In this document: in pieces, positions 14,321 to 32,400 of the stretch
Position numbering within the stretch: position 1 is the stretch's first letter
Layout: each line of letters starts with the position of its first letter
Assembly (NCBI GenBank): GCA_964016885.1
Contig: OZ024743.1
Coordinates: 315,642,001-315,706,000 of the forward strand
Direction of reading: 5' to 3'
DNA length: 64,000 bases
Source of the DNA: Eledone cirrhosa
Taxonomy: Eukaryota
The notes under the pieces: generated by a model
Databases searched by the model: none
Told to the model about the DNA's origin: nothing
The model's input: only the letters and a program-made list of their open reading frames with translations
Position numbers and translations under genes: made by a program

Positions 14321-14900
14321 TCAGAAAAACATGGTGAAAGCATTTCCACGGAGAACAAGCAGCGATGCCCAATTATTCCACCTCTTGAAGCTCCCTCAGT
14401 CCAATGACTGGGGCTGGACACTAGAGATTTTAATGGCGGTGAGCACAAGAAGGAAATAGTCGGTCAATGCCTGGTACCTACCATCCTCTGCTCTCCGTTC
14501 TCCGTAACCCAAATGATGAGGTGGGAACCGGAGAAAGTATGTGGCCTTTCAGATGAATAAGTTCATTTCTTCGAACGGATAAAGGTTAATCTGTCTAGCC
14601 GTTTACCGTCACCACTATCAAAGTCAAATAACTAGTTCCGACGAGAAACCTGCCGTATTGGGTCTCCTCTTAATTACACGATTCAAAACAGCTTGTTGAG
14701 GAAAACAACCTTCACTGTGGCGACAAGAGAGCGGATGTAGTCGAAACTCATCAACAGTGGTTCCACAACGACATTTATGTGGTTGATATTTTGTCAATAC
14801 CCAGTATTTAACTGTAAATGATATTAGACAAACTTATTGATTCTTACCATTAAGCTGGTTTATAAATCAAGAGATGGCAGAATATTTAGACATCCATGGC
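14321..14900 (-). mobile_element. Degenerate remnant of a CRE-type (RLE-clade) non-LTR retrotransposon ORF: C-terminal CCHC zinc knuckle plus restriction-like endonuclease; pseudogenised
   Basis: Manual minus-strand translation gives HGCLNILPSLDL (~14897-14862), then QPHKCRCGTTVDEFRLHPLSCRHSEGCFPQQAVLNRVIKRRPNTAGFSSEL (CRCG at 14773-14762, stop 14626-14624). After a frameshift: DSGDGKRLDRLT (DGKRLD 14610-14593), I*KAT (14554-14540), TFSGSHLI in an alternate frame, and RAEDGRYQALTDYFLLVLTAIKISSV...SLLVLRGNAFTMFF* (end 14321). The motif order matches the CRE pattern as I recall it: WLNALP..CxCG..H.LSC..RH..LN..I.R..DGKRPDG.T..WDAT..DT.A.SH..AE..K..KY..F.P.A.ET.G..RGNA. Confidence 0.82.
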
Positions 14901-16034
14901 TTTTTAATCTATTTTAATTCAAACAAATCTACTTCGACCAGGAATTACACTAGGGGTCAAGGATAAGAACTTAACCCATCTATTACGTTCGCTGTCGGCC
15001 TAATGTCTTATTTCAACAGTATAGACTACTTATGATAAAGTTCAACATTAGGTTGTCAGCTGTTAGGTAACAAATGGCACAAAGTTGACAGGATTGTTTC
15101 TCTTTCGTTCACATAACAGGGCAACGGCCGACGTAATGACCACCACAGTCACCATCACTCAACACCACCATCACACAACACCACCACTACACAACACCAC
15201 CATCACACGACACCACCATCACACAACACCACCATCATACAACGCCACCATCACACAACACGACCATCACACAACACCACCATCACACGACACCACCATC
15301 ACACAACACCACCATCATACAACGCCACCATCACACAACAACACCATCACACAACACCACCATCACACGACACCACCATCACACAACACCACCATCATAC
15401 AAAACCACCTTCACACAACACCACCATCACACAACACCACCATCACACAACACCACCATCACAAAACACTACCATCACAAAACACCACCATCACACAACA
15501 CCACCATCACACAACACGACCATCACACAACACCACCATCACTCAACACCACCATCACACAACACCACCATCACAAAACACTACCATCACAAAACACCAC
15601 CATCACATAACACTACCATCACACAACAACACTATCACACAACATCACCATTACACAACACCACCATCACACAACACAACCATCACACAACACCAGCATC
15701 ACACAACACCACCATCACACAACACCACCATCACTCAACACTACCATCACACAACACCACCATCACACAACACCACCATCACACAACACCAGCATCACAC
15801 AACACCACCATCACTCAACACTACCATCACACAACACAACCATCACAAAACACCACCATCACAAAACACCACCATCACACAACACCACCATCACACAACA
15901 CCACCATCACACAACACCACCGTCACACAACGCCACCATCACTCAACACCACCATCACACAACACCACCATCATACAACACCACCATCACACAACACCAC
16001 CATCACACAATACCACCATAATACAACACCAGCA

Positions 16035-17026
16035 TCACACAACACCACCATCACACAACGCCACCACCATACAACACCACCCTCACACAACGCCACCATC
16101 ACACAACACCTCCACTACAAAACACAACGATCACACTACGCCACCATCACACAACGCAACCATCACACAACACCACCATCAAACAATATCACCATCACTC
16201 AACGCCACCATCACAAAACACCACCATCACTCAACACCACCATCACACAACACAACCATCAGATAACACCACCATCACACAACACCACCATCACACAACA
16301 CAACCATCGCTCAACACCACCATCACACAACACCACCATCGCACAACACCACCATCACACAACACGACCATTACTCAAAACCACCATCACTCAACACCAC
16401 CATCACTCAACACCACCTTCACACAACACCACCATCGCACAACACCACCATCACACAACACGACCATTACTCAACACCAGCATCACTCAACACCACCATC
16501 ACACAACACCACTATCACACGACACCACCATCACACAACACCACCATCACACAACGCCACCACCATACAACACCACCCTCACACAACGCCACCATCACAC
16601 AACACCTCCACTACAAAACACAACGATCACACTACGCCACCATCACACAACGCAACCATCACACAACACCACCATCAAACAATATCACCATCACTCAACG
16701 CCACCATCACAAAACACCACCATCACTCAACACCACCATCACACAACACAACCATCAGATAACACCACCATCACACAACACCACCATCACACAACACAAC
16801 CATCGCTCAACACCACCATCACACAACACCACCATCGCACAACACCACCATCACACAACACGACCATTACTCAAAACCACCATCACTCAACACCACCATC
16901 ACTCAACACCACCTTCACACAACACCACCATCGCACAACACCACCATCACACAACACGACCATTACTCAACACCAGCATCACTCAACACCACCATCACAC
17001 AACACCACTATCACACGACACCACCA
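16035..17026. repeat. 496-bp (31-monomer) tandem duplication in satellite B
   Basis: TCCACTACAAAACACAACGATCACACTACG at 16111 and 16607. CAGATAAC, CATCGCTC and CATTACTCAAAACC are repeated at the same offset. Confidence 0.9.
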
Positions 17027-18899
17027 TCAAACAATATCACCATCACACAACACCACCATCACACAACACTACCATCGCACAACACTACCATCACTCAACG
17101 CCACCATCACACAACACCACCATCACACAACACCACCATCACTCAAAACTACTATCACACAACACCACAATCACACAAATCCACCATCACACAACACCAC
17201 CATTACACGACACGACCATCGCACAACACCACCATCACACAACACCACAATCACACAACGCCACCATCACTCAACACCACCATCACACAACACCACAATC
17301 ACACAACGCCACCATCACACAACACCACCATCACAAGACACCACCACCACACACCGCCACCATCACACAACACCACCGTCACACAACACCACCATCACAC
17401 AACACCACCATCACGAAACACCACCATCACACAAAACCACCATCACACAACACCACCATCACACAACCCCACTATCACACAACATTACCATTAAACAACA
17501 CCACCATCACACAACACAACCATCACACAACCCCACCATCACACAACGCCACCATCACACAATACGACCATCACACAACACCACCATCGCTCAACACCAC
17601 CATCACACAACACCACCATCACACAACACCACCATCACACAGCACCACCATCACACAACACCACCATCACACAACACCACCATCATACAACACCACCATC
17701 ACACAAAACCACCATCACACAATACCACCATCATACAACACCAAATCACACAACACCACCATCACACAACACCACCATCGCACAACACCACCATCACACA
17801 ACACCACCATCACACAACGACACCATCACACAACACCACCATCACTCAACACCACCAACACACAACACCGCCATCATACAACACCATCATCACACACCAC
17901 TATCACACAACACCGCCATCACACAACACCACCATCACACAAACCACCATCACACAACGCCACCATCACACAACACCACCATCACACAACACCACCATCA
18001 TACAACACCACCATCACACAACACCACCATCACACAACACCACCATCATACAACACCACCATCACACGACACCACCATCTCACAACACCACTATCATACA
18101 ACACCACCATCACACAACACAACCATCACACAACACTACCATCACACAACATCACTATGACACAACACCGGCATCACACAACACCACCGTCACACAACAC
18201 CACCATCATAAAACGCCACCATCACACAACACCACCATCACACAAGACCACCATCACACAACACCACCATCACACAACACCGGCACCACACAACACCACC
18301 ATCACACAACAGTTGCATCACACAACGCCACCATCACTCAACACCACCATCGCACAACACCACCATCACACAACACCACAATCACACAACGCCACCATCA
18401 CTCAACACCACCATCACACAGCACCACAATCACACAAACCACCATCACACAACGCCACCATCACATAACAGCACCATCACACAACACCGCCATCATACAA
18501 CACAACCATCACACACCACTATCACACAACACTGCCATCACACAACACCACCAGCACACAACACCACCATCACACAACGCCACCATCACACAACACCACC
18601 ATCACACAACACCACCATCGCACAATACCACCAAAGCACAACACCACCATCACAAAACACCACCATCACACAACACTACCATCACACAACACCACCATCG
18701 CACAACACCACCATCACACAACACCTCCATCACACAACACCACCATCATACAACACCACCATCACACAACACCACCATTATACAACACCACCATCACACA
18801 ACACCACCATCACACAACACCACCATCGCACAACACCACCATCACACAACACAATCATCGCACAACACCACCATCACACAACACCAACATCACACAACA

Positions 18900-21800
18900 C
18901 CACCATCACACAACATCACCATAACACAACGCCACCATCATACAACACCACCATCAAACAACAACACCATCATACAACAACACCATCACACACCACTAAC
19001 ACACACCTAGGCCATCACACAACACCACCATCATATAACACCACCATCACACAACACCACCATCACACAATTCCACCATCACACAACACCACCATCAAAC
19101 AACACCACCATCATACAACGCGACCATCACACAACACCACCATCATACGAAACCACCATCACACAACACCACCATCACACAACATCACCATCACACGACA
19201 CCACCATCACACAACACCACCATCATACAACGCCACCATCACACAACACCACCATCACACAACACCACCATCACACAACACCACCATCAGACAACACCAC
19301 CATCACACAACACCACCATCACACAACACCACCATCACACAACACCACCATCACAAAAACAGCAGCATCACACAACGCCACCATCACTCAACACCACCAT
19401 CACACAGCTCCACAATCACACAACTCCACCATCACACAACTCCACCATCACATAACAGCACCATCACACAACACCACCATCACTCAACGCCACCATCACT
19501 CAACACCACCATCACACAACACCACCATCACACAACACTATCATCACACAATTCCACCATCACACAACACCACCATCAGACAACACCACCATCATACAAC
19601 GCGACCATCACACAACACCACCCTCATACTACACCACCATCACACAACACCACCATCACACAACACCACCATCACACGACACCACCATCACACAACACCA
19701 CCATCATACAACGCCACCATCACACAACACCACCATCACACAACACCACCATCACACAACACCACCATCACTCAACACCACCAACACACAACACCGCCAT
19801 CATACAACACCACCATCACACACCACTATCACACAACACTGCCATAACACAACACCACCATCAGACAACACTACCATCATACAACGCGACCATCACACAA
19901 CACCACCATCACACAACGCCACCATCACACAACACCACCATCACACAACACCACCATCGCACAACACCACCATCACACAACACCACCATCGCACAACACC
20001 ACCATCACCCCACACCGCCATTATACAACACCACCATCACAGAACACCACCATCACACAACACCACCGTCACACAACACCACCATCACACAACACCACCA
20101 TCACACAACACAACCATCACACAACAACAACATGACACAACACAACCATCACACAACACCACCATCACACGACACCACTATCACACAACACCACCATCAT
20201 AAAACGCCACCATCACACAACAACACCATCACACAACACCACCATCGAACGACACCACCATCAAACAATACCACCATCATACAACGCCACCATCTCACAA
20301 CACCACCATCACACAACACCACCATCACACAACACCGGCATCCCACAACACCACCATCACACAACACAACCATCATACAACACCACCATCACACAACACC
20401 ACCATCACACAACACCACCATCACACAACACCACCATCACACAACAGCACCATCACACGACACCACCACCACACAACAACACCATCACACAACACCACCG
20501 TCACACAACACAATCATCACACAACACCACCATCACACAACACCACCATCACACAACACCACCATCACACAACACCACCATCACTCAACACCACCATCAC
20601 ACAACACCACCATCACAAAACACTACCATCACAAAACACCACCATCACACAACACTACCATCACACAACACCACTATCACACAACATCACCATTACACAA
20701 CACCATCACATAACACAACCATCACACAACACCGCCATCATACAACACCACCATCACTCAACACTACCATCAGACAACACAACCATTACAAAACACCACC
20801 ATCACAAAACACCACCATCACACAACACCACCATCACACGACACCACCATCACACAACACCACCATCATACAACGCCACCATCATACAACACCACCATCA
20901 CACAACGCCACCATCACACAACACCTCCACTACAAAACACAACGATCACACAACGCCACCATCACACAACGCCACCATCACACAACACCACCATCAAACA
21001 ATATCACCATCACTCAACGCCACCATCACACAACACCACCATCACACAACACCACCGTCACAAAACACCACCATCACTCAACACCACCATCACACAACAC
21101 AACCATCAGATAACACCACCATCACACAACACAACCATCACACAACACAACCATCGCTCAACACCACCATCACACAACACCACTATCACACGACACCACC
21201 ATCAAACAATATCACCATCACACAACACCAACGTCACACAACACTACCATCGCACAACACCACCATCACTCAACGCCACCATCACACAACACCACCATCA
21301 CACAATACCACCATCCCACAACACTATTATCACACAACACCACCATCACACAACGCCACCATCACTCAATACCACCATCACACAACACCACCATCGCACA
21401 ACACCACCATCACACAACACCACAATGACACAACGGCACCATCACACAACACCACCATCACACAACACCACCATCACAAAACACCACCATCACTCAACAC
21501 CACCATCACACAACACAACCATCAGATAATACCACCATCACACAACACAACCATCACTCAACACTACCATCACACAACACCACCATCGCACAACACCACC
21601 ATCACACAACACGACCATTACTCAACACCACCATCACTCAACACCACCATCACACAACACCACTATCAGACGACACCACCATCAAACAATATCACCATCA
21701 CACAACACCACCATCACACAACACTAACATCGCACAACACCACCATCACTCAACGCCACCATCACACAACACCACCATCACACGACACCACAATCACACA

Positions 21801-24800
21801 AGTCCACCATTAAAAAAACACCACCATTACACGACACCACCATCGCACAACACCACCATCACACAACACCACAATCACACAACGCCACCATCACTCAACA
21901 CCACCATCACACAACACCACAATCACACAACGCCACCATCACACAACACCACCATCACACGACACCACCACCACCACACAACGACACCGTCACACAACAC
22001 CAGCGTCACACAACACCACCATCACACAACACCACCATCACAAAACACCACCATCATACAACACAACCATCACACAACACCACCATCACGCAACCCCACT
22101 ATCACACAACATCACCATTACACAACACCACCATCACACAACACAACCATCACACAACACCACCATCACACAACACCACCATTACTCAACACAACCATCA
22201 CACAACACAACCATCACAAAACACCCCCATCACAAAACACCACCATCACACAACACCACCATCACACAACACCACCATCACACAACACCACCATCACACA
22301 ACGCCACCATCACACAACACCACCATCACACAACACCACCATCATACAACACCACCATCACACAAAACCACCATCACACAATACCACCATCATACAACAC
22401 CACCATCACACAACACCACCATCACACAACGCCACCATCACACAGCACCACCATCACACAACGCCACAATAACACAACACCACCATCACACAACGCCACC
22501 ATCACACAACACCACCATCACACAACACCACCATCACACAACACCACCATCATACAACACCACCATCACACAACACCACCATCACACAATTCCACCATCA
22601 TACAACACCACCATCACACAACACCACCATCACACAACGCCACCATCATACAAAACCACCATCATACAACGCCACCATCACACAACGCCACCATCAAACA
22701 ATATCACCATCACTCAACGCCACCATCGCACAACACCACCATCACACAACACCACAATCACACAACTCCACCATCAGACAACGCCACCATCACATAACAG
22801 CACCATCACACAACACCGCCATCATACAACACCACCATCACACACCACTATCACACAACACTGCCATGACACAACACCACCATCACACAACACCACCATC
22901 ACACAACGCCACCATCACACAGCACCACCATCACACAAAACCACCACCGCACAACACAACCATCACACGACACAACCATCGCACAACACCACCGTCACAT
23001 AACACCACCATCACACAACACCACAATCGCACAACACCACCATCACACAACACCACAATCATACAACACCACCATCACACAACACCACCATTATACAACA
23101 CCACCATCACACAACACCACCATAACACAATACCACCATCACACAACACCACCATCACACAACACCACCATCACACAACACCACCATCATACAACACCAC
23201 CATCACACTACACCACCATTATACAACACCACCAACACACAACACCACCATCTCACAACACCACCATCACACAACACCACCATCACTCAAAACCACCATC
23301 ACACAACACCACCATCGCACAACACCACCATCACACAACACCACCATCACACAACACCACCATCATACAACACCACCATCACACAACACCACCATCACAC
23401 AACACCACCATCACACAACGCCACCATCACACAACGCCACCATCACACAACACCACCATCACACAACACCACCATCATACAACACCACCATCACACAACA
23501 CCACCATCACACAACACCACCATCACACAACACCACCATCATACAACACGAGCATCACACAACACCACCATCACACAACGCCACCATCATACAACACCAC
23601 CATCAGACAACACCACCATCATACAACACCACCATCACACACGACTAACACACACCTAGGCCATCACACAACACCACCATCACATAACACCACCATCACA
23701 CAACACCACCATCACACAATTCCACCATCACACAACACCACCATCAAACAACACCACCATTCTACAACGCGACCATCACACAACACCACCATCATACGAC
23801 ACCACCATCACACAACACCACCATCACACAACACCACCATCACACGACACCACCATCACACAACACCACCGTCATACAACGCCACCATCACACAACACCA
23901 GCATCACACAACACCACCATCACACAACACCGGCATCACACAACACCACCGTCATATAACACCACCATCATACAACGCCGCCATCACACAACACCACCAT
24001 CACACAACACCACCATCACACAACACCACCATCAGACAACACCACCATCACACAACACCACCATCACACAACACCACCATCACACAACACCACCATCACA
24101 CAACAGCAGCATCACACAACGCCACCATCACTCAACACAACCATCGCACAACACCACCATCACACAACACCACAATCGCACAACGCCACCATCACTCAAC
24201 ACCACCATCACACAGCTCCACAATCACACGACTCCACCATCACACAACTCCACCATCACATAACAGCACCATCACACAACGCCACCATCACTCAACACCA
24301 CCATCACACAACACCACCATCACACAACACTATCATCACACAATGACACCATCACACAACACCACCATCACTCAACACCGCCATCATACAACACCACCAT
24401 CACACACCACTATCAAACAACACTGCCATAACACAACACCACCATCACACAACACCACCATCACACAACGCCACCATCACACAACACCACCATCACACAA
24501 CACCACCATCGCACAACACCACCATCACACAACACCACCATCGCACAACACCACCATCACACAACACCACCATCACACAACACCACCATCACACAACACC
24601 ACCATCGCACAACACCACTATCACACAACACCACCATCACACAACACCACCATCACCCCACACCGCCATTATACAACACCACCATCACACAACACCACCA
24701 TCACACAACACCACCGTCACACAACACCACCATCACTCAACACCACCATCACACAACACAACCATCACACAACAACACCATGACACAACACAACCATCAC

Positions 24801-26050
24801 ACAACACCACCATCACACAACACCACCATCACACAACACCACCATCATAAAACGCCACCATCACACAACAACACCATCACACAACACCACCATCACACGA
24901 CACCACCATCAAACAACACCACCATCATACAACGCCACCATCTCACAACACCACCATCACACAACACCACCATCACACAACACCGGCATCCCACAACACC
25001 ACCATCACACAACACCACCATCATACAACACCACCATCACACAACACCACCATCACACAACACCAGCATCACACAACACTACTATCACACAACACCACCA
25101 TCACACAACACCACCATCACACAACAGCACCATCACACGACACCACCACCACACAACACCACCATCACACAACACCACCGTCACACAACACAATCATCAC
25201 ACAACACCACCATCACACAACACCACCGTCACACAACCACCATCACACAACACCACCATCACTCAACACCGCCATCACACAAGACCACCATCACAAAACA
25301 CTACCATCACAAAACAACACCATCACACAACACTACCATCACACAACACCACTATCACACAACATCACCATTACACAACACCATCACATAACACAACCAT
25401 CACACAACACCACCATCATACAACACCACCATCACACAACACCACCATCACACAACGCCACCATCACACAACACCACCATCACACAACACCACCATCATA
25501 CAACGCCACCATCATACAACACCACCATCACACAAAGCCACCATCACGCAACACCTCCACTACAAAACACAACGATCACACAACGCCACCATCACACAAC
25601 GCAACCTTCACACAACACCACCATCAAACAATATCACCATCACTCAACGCCACCATCACACAACCCCACCATCACACAACACCACCATCACAAAACACCA
25701 CCATCACTCAACACCACCATCACACAATACAACCATCAGATAACACCACCATCACACAACACCACCATCACACAACACAACCATCACTCAACACCATCAT
25801 CACACAACACCACTATCACACGACACCACCATCAAACAATATCACCATCACACAACACCACCATCATACAACATTACCATCGCACAACACCACCATCACT
25901 CAACGCCACCATCACACAACACCACCATCCCACAACACTAATATCACACAACACCACCATCACACAACGCCACCATCACTCAACACCATCATCACACAAC
26001 ACCACCATCGCACAACACCACCATCACACAACACCACAATCACACAACGC
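18900..26050. repeat. Older ~4.65-kb-offset duplication in satellite B (~18900-21400 vs ~23550-26050)
   Basis: CACACCTAGGCC (TAG at 19008 and 23657, offset 4649). Similar but non-identical ORFs 20132..20713 and 24780..25391 (offset 4648). CCGGCATCCCAC occurs in both copies. Confidence 0.8.
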
Positions 26051-26499
26051 CACCATCACTCAACACCACCATCACACAACACCACAATGACACAACGCCA
26101 CCATCACATAACAGCACCATCACACAAAACCACCATCACACAATGCCACCATCACACAACACTACCATCACACAATGCCACCATCACACAACACTACCAT
26201 CACACAAAACCACCATCACTCAACACCACCATCACACAACACCACCATCACACAACACCACCATCACTCAACACCACCAACACACAATACCGCCATCATA
26301 CAACACCACCATCACACACCACTATCACACAACACTGCCATCACACAACACAACCATCGCACAACACCACCATCACACAACACCACCATCACACAACACC
26401 ACCATCACACAACAACACCATCACACAACACCACCATCACACAACACCACCATCACACAACACCACCATCAATCAACACCACCAGCACACAACACCACC

Positions 26500-29400
26500 A
26501 TCGCACAACACCACCATCACACAACACCACCATCACACAACACCACCATCATACAACACCACATCACACAACACCAGCATCACACAACACCACCATCACA
26601 CAACGCCACCATCATACAACACCACCATCACACAACGCCACCATCACACAAAACCACCATCAAACAATATCACCATCACTCAACGCCACCATCACACAAC
26701 ACCACCATCACACAACACCGCCATCACAAAACACCACCATCACTCAACACCACCATCGCACAACACGACCATCACACAACACGACTATTACTCAACACCA
26801 CCATCACTCAAAACCACCATCACACAACACCACTATCACACGACACCACCATCAAACAATATCACCATCACACAACACCACCATCACACAACACTACCAT
26901 CGCACAACACCACCATCACCCAACGCCACCATCACACAACACCACCATCACACAACACCACTATCACACAACACTAATATCACACAATACCACCATCACA
27001 CAACGCCACCATCACTCAACACCACCATCACACAACACCACAATCACACAACGCCACCATCACACAACACCACCATCACACAACACCACCATCACAAAAC
27101 ACCACCATCACTCAACACCACCATCACACAACACCACCATCATACAAAACAACCATCACACAAAACCACCATCACACAACACTACCATCATACAACACCA
27201 CCATCACACAACACCACCAACACACAACGCCACCATCATACAGCACCACCATCACACAACGCCACCATCACACAACACCACCATCACACAACGCCACCAT
27301 CACACAACACCACCATCACACAACACCACCATCACACAACACCACCATCATACAACACCACCATCACACAACACCACCATCACACAATTCCACCATCATA
27401 CAACACCACCATCACACAACACCACCATCACACAACGCCACCATCATACAAAACCACCATCACACAACGCCACCATCACACAACACCAGCATCACACAAC
27501 ACCACCATCACAAAACACCACCGTCACTCAACACCACCATCACACAACACCACCATCACACAACACAACCATCACACAACACCCCCATACACAACACCAC
27601 CATCACAGAACACCACCATCACACAACACCACCATCATACAACACCACCATCACACAACACCACCATCACACAACACCACCACCACAAAACACCACCGTC
27701 ACTCAACACCACCATCACACAACACCACGATCACACAACACAACCATCACACAACACCACCATCGCACAACACACACACACCATCACACAATTCCACCAT
27801 CACACAACACCACCATCAAACAACACCACCATCATACAACGCGACCATCACACAACACCACCATCACACGACTCCACCATCACACAACACCACCATCACA
27901 CAACACCACCATCACACGACCCCACCATCACACAACACCACAATCACACAACGCCACCATCACTCAACACCACCATCACACAGCAACAAAATCACACAAC
28001 TCCACCTTCAGACAACGCTACCATCACATAACAGGACCATCACACAACACCGCCATCATACAACAACCCCATCACACACCAATATCATACAACACTGCCA
28101 TCACACAACACCACCATCACACAACACCACCATCACACAACGCCACCATCACACAACACCACCATCACACAAAACCACCATCGCACAACACCACCATCAC
28201 ACAACACAACCATCGCACAACACCACCATCACACAACACCACCATCACACAACACCACCATCGCACAACACCACCATCACACAACACCACCATCACACAA
28301 CACCACCATCATACAACACCATAATCACACAACACCACCATTATACAACACCACCATCACACAACACCACCATCACACAACACCACCATCACACAACACC
28401 ACCATCACACAACACCACCATCACACAACACCACCATCATACAACACCACCATCACACAACACCACCATTATACAACATCACCATCACACAACACCAACA
28501 TCACACAACACTACCATCACACAACACCACCATCACTCAACACCACCATCACACAACAGCACCATCGCACAACACCACCATCACACAACACCACCATCAC
28601 ACAACACCACCATCATACAACAACACCATCACACAACACCACCATCACAAAACACCGCCATCACACAACGCCACCATCACACAACACCACCATCACACAA
28701 CACCACCATCACTCAACACCACCATCACACAACACTATCATCACACGACGACACCATCACACAACACCACCATCACTCAACACCACCAACACACAACACC
28801 GCCATCATACAACACCACCATCACACACCACTATCACACAACTAGGCCATCACACAACACCACCATCATACAACACCACCATCACACAACACCACCATCA
28901 CACCATTCCACCATCACACAACACCACCGTCACACAACACCACCATCATACAACGCCGCCATCACACAACACCACCATCACACAACACCACCATCACACA
29001 ACACCACCATCACACAACACCACCATCACACAACACCACCATCACACAACCCCACCATCACACAAAACCACCATCACACAACAGCAGCATCACACAACGC
29101 CACCATCACTCAACACCTCCATCGCACAACAACACCATCACACAACACCACAATCACACAACGCCACCATCACTCAACACCACCATCACACAGCACCACA
29201 ATCACACAACTCCACCATCACACAACTCCACCATCACATAACAGCACCATCACACAAAACCACCATCACACAACACTACCATCACACAATGCCACCATCA
29301 CACAACACTACCATCACACAAAACCACCATCACTCAACACCACCATCACACAACGCCACCATCACACAACACCACCATCACTCAACACCACCAACACACA

Positions 29401-32400
29401 ATACCGCCATCATACAACACCACCATCACACACCACTATCACACAACACTGCCATCACACAACACAACCATCGCACAACACCACCATCACACAACACCAC
29501 CATCACACAACACCACCATCACACAACACCACCATCGCACAACACCACCATCACACAACACCACCATCACACAACACCACCATCATACAACACCACCATC
29601 ACACCACACCGCCATTATACAACACCACCATCACACAACACCACCATCACACAACACCACCATCACACAACACCACCATCACTCAACACCACCATCACAT
29701 AACACCACCATCGCACAACACCACCATCACACAACACCACCATCACACAACACCACCATCACACAACAACACCATCACACAACACCACCATCACACAACA
29801 CCACCATTATACAACACCACCATCACATAACACTACCATCATACAACACCACCATCACACAACACCACCATCACTCAACACCACCAGCACACAACACCAC
29901 CATCGCACAACACCACCATCACACAACACCACCATCACACAACACCACCATCATACAACACCACATCACACAACACCAGCATCACACAACACCACCATCA
30001 CACAACGCCACCATCATACAACACCACCATCACACAACGCCACCATCACACAACACCTCCACTACAAAACACAACGATCACACAACGCCACCATCACACA
30101 ACGCAACCATCACACAAAACCACCATCAAACAATATCACCATCACTCAACGCCACCATCACACAACACCACCATCACACAACACCGCCATCACAAAACAC
30201 CACCATCACTCAACACCACCATCGCACAACACCACCATCACACAACACGACTATTACTCAGCACCACCATCACTCAAAACCACCATCACACAACACCACT
30301 ATCACACGACACCACCATCAAACAATATCACCATCACACAACACCACCATCACACAACACTACCATCGCACAACACCACCATCACCCAACGCCACCATCA
30401 CACAACACCACCATCACACAACACCACCATCACACAACACTAATATCACACAATACCACCATCACACAACGCCACCATCACTCAACACCACCATCACACA
30501 ACACCACAATCACACAACGCCACCATCACACAACACCACCATCACACAACACCACCATCACAAAACACCACCATCACTCAACACCACCATCACACAACAC
30601 CACCATCATACAAAACAACCATCACACAAAACCACCATCACACAACACTACCATCATACAACACCACCATCACACGACACCACCAACACACAACGCCACC
30701 ATCATACAGCACCACCATCACACAACGCCACCATCACACAACACCACCATCACACAACGCCACCATCACACAACACCACCATCACACAACACCACCATCA
30801 CACAACACCACCATCATACAACACCACCATCACACAACACCACCATCACACAATTCCACCATCATACAACACCACCATCACACAACACCACCATCACACA
30901 ACGCCACCATCATACAAAACCACCATCACACAACGCCACCATCACACAACACCAGCATCACACAACACCACCATCACAATACACCACCGTCACTCAACAC
31001 CACCATCACACAACACCACCATCACACAACACAACCATCACACAACACCCCCATACACAACACCACCATCACAGAACACCACCATCACACAACACCACCA
31101 TCATACAACACCACCATCACACAACACCACCATCACACAACACCACCACCACAAAACACCACCGTCACTCAACACCACCATCACACAACACCACGATCAC
31201 ACAACACAACCATCACACAACACCACCATCGCACAACACACACACACCATCACACAATTCCACCATCACACAACACCACCATCAAACAACACCACCATCA
31301 TACAACGCGACCATCACACAACACCACCATCACACGACTCCACCATCACACAACACCACCATCACACAACACCACCATCACACGACCCCACCATCACACA
31401 ACACCACAATCACACAACGCCACCATCACTCAACACCACCATCACACAGCAACAAAATCACACAACTCCACCTTCAGACAACGCTACCATCACATAACAG
31501 GACCATCACACAACACCGCCATCATACAACAACCCCATCACACACCAATATCATACAACACTGCCATCACACAACACCACCATCACACAACACCACCATC
31601 ACACAACGCCACCATCACACAACACCACCATCACACAAAACCACCATCGCACAACACCACCATCACACAACACAACCATCGCACAACACCACCATCACAC
31701 AACACCACCATCACACAACACCACCATCGCACAACACCACCATCACACAACACCACCATCACACAACACCACCATCATACAACACCATAATCACACAACA
31801 CCACCATTATACAACACCACCATCACACAACACCACCATCACACAACACCACCATCACACAACACCACCATCACACAACACCACCATCACACAACACCAC
31901 CATCATACAACACCACCATCACACAACACCACCATTATACAACATCACCATCACACAACACCAACATCACACAACACTACCATCACACAACACCACCATC
32001 ACTCAACACCACCATCACACAACAGCACCATCGCACAACACCACCATCACACAACACCACCATCACACAACACCACCATCATACAACAACACCATCACAC
32101 AACACCACCATCACAAAACACCGCCATCACACAACGCCACCATCACACAACACCACCATCACACAACACCACCATCACTCAACACCACCATCACACAACA
32201 CTATCATCACACGACGACACCATCACACAACACCACCATCACTCAACACCACCAACACACAACACCGCCATCATACAACACCACCATCACACACCACTAT
32301 CACACAACTAGGCCATCACACAACACCACCATCATACAACACCACCATCACACAACACCACCATCACACCATTCCACCATCACACAACACCACCGTCACA

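Noticed and set aside
14239-14448. 69-aa minus-strand ORF
   Set aside because: It is an alternative frame of the CRE-like remnant. The recognisable motifs (YQALTD, LRGNA) are in a different frame.
14690-14765. Hammerhead ribozyme (CGAC/GTCG stem followed by GAAAC; also minus-strand CTGAGGA at 14318-14324)
   Set aside because: There is no CUGANGA core correctly placed relative to GAAA and NUH. The region is explained as CRE coding sequence on the minus strand.
14905-15137. Possible fifth, very decayed SINE copy (~14905-15003) or a MITE with GTCGGCC/GGCCGAC inverted ends (14994, 15126)
   Set aside because: Similarity is too patchy to support by eye, and a 7-bp inverted match is expected by chance. 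It needs an alignment to a consensus.
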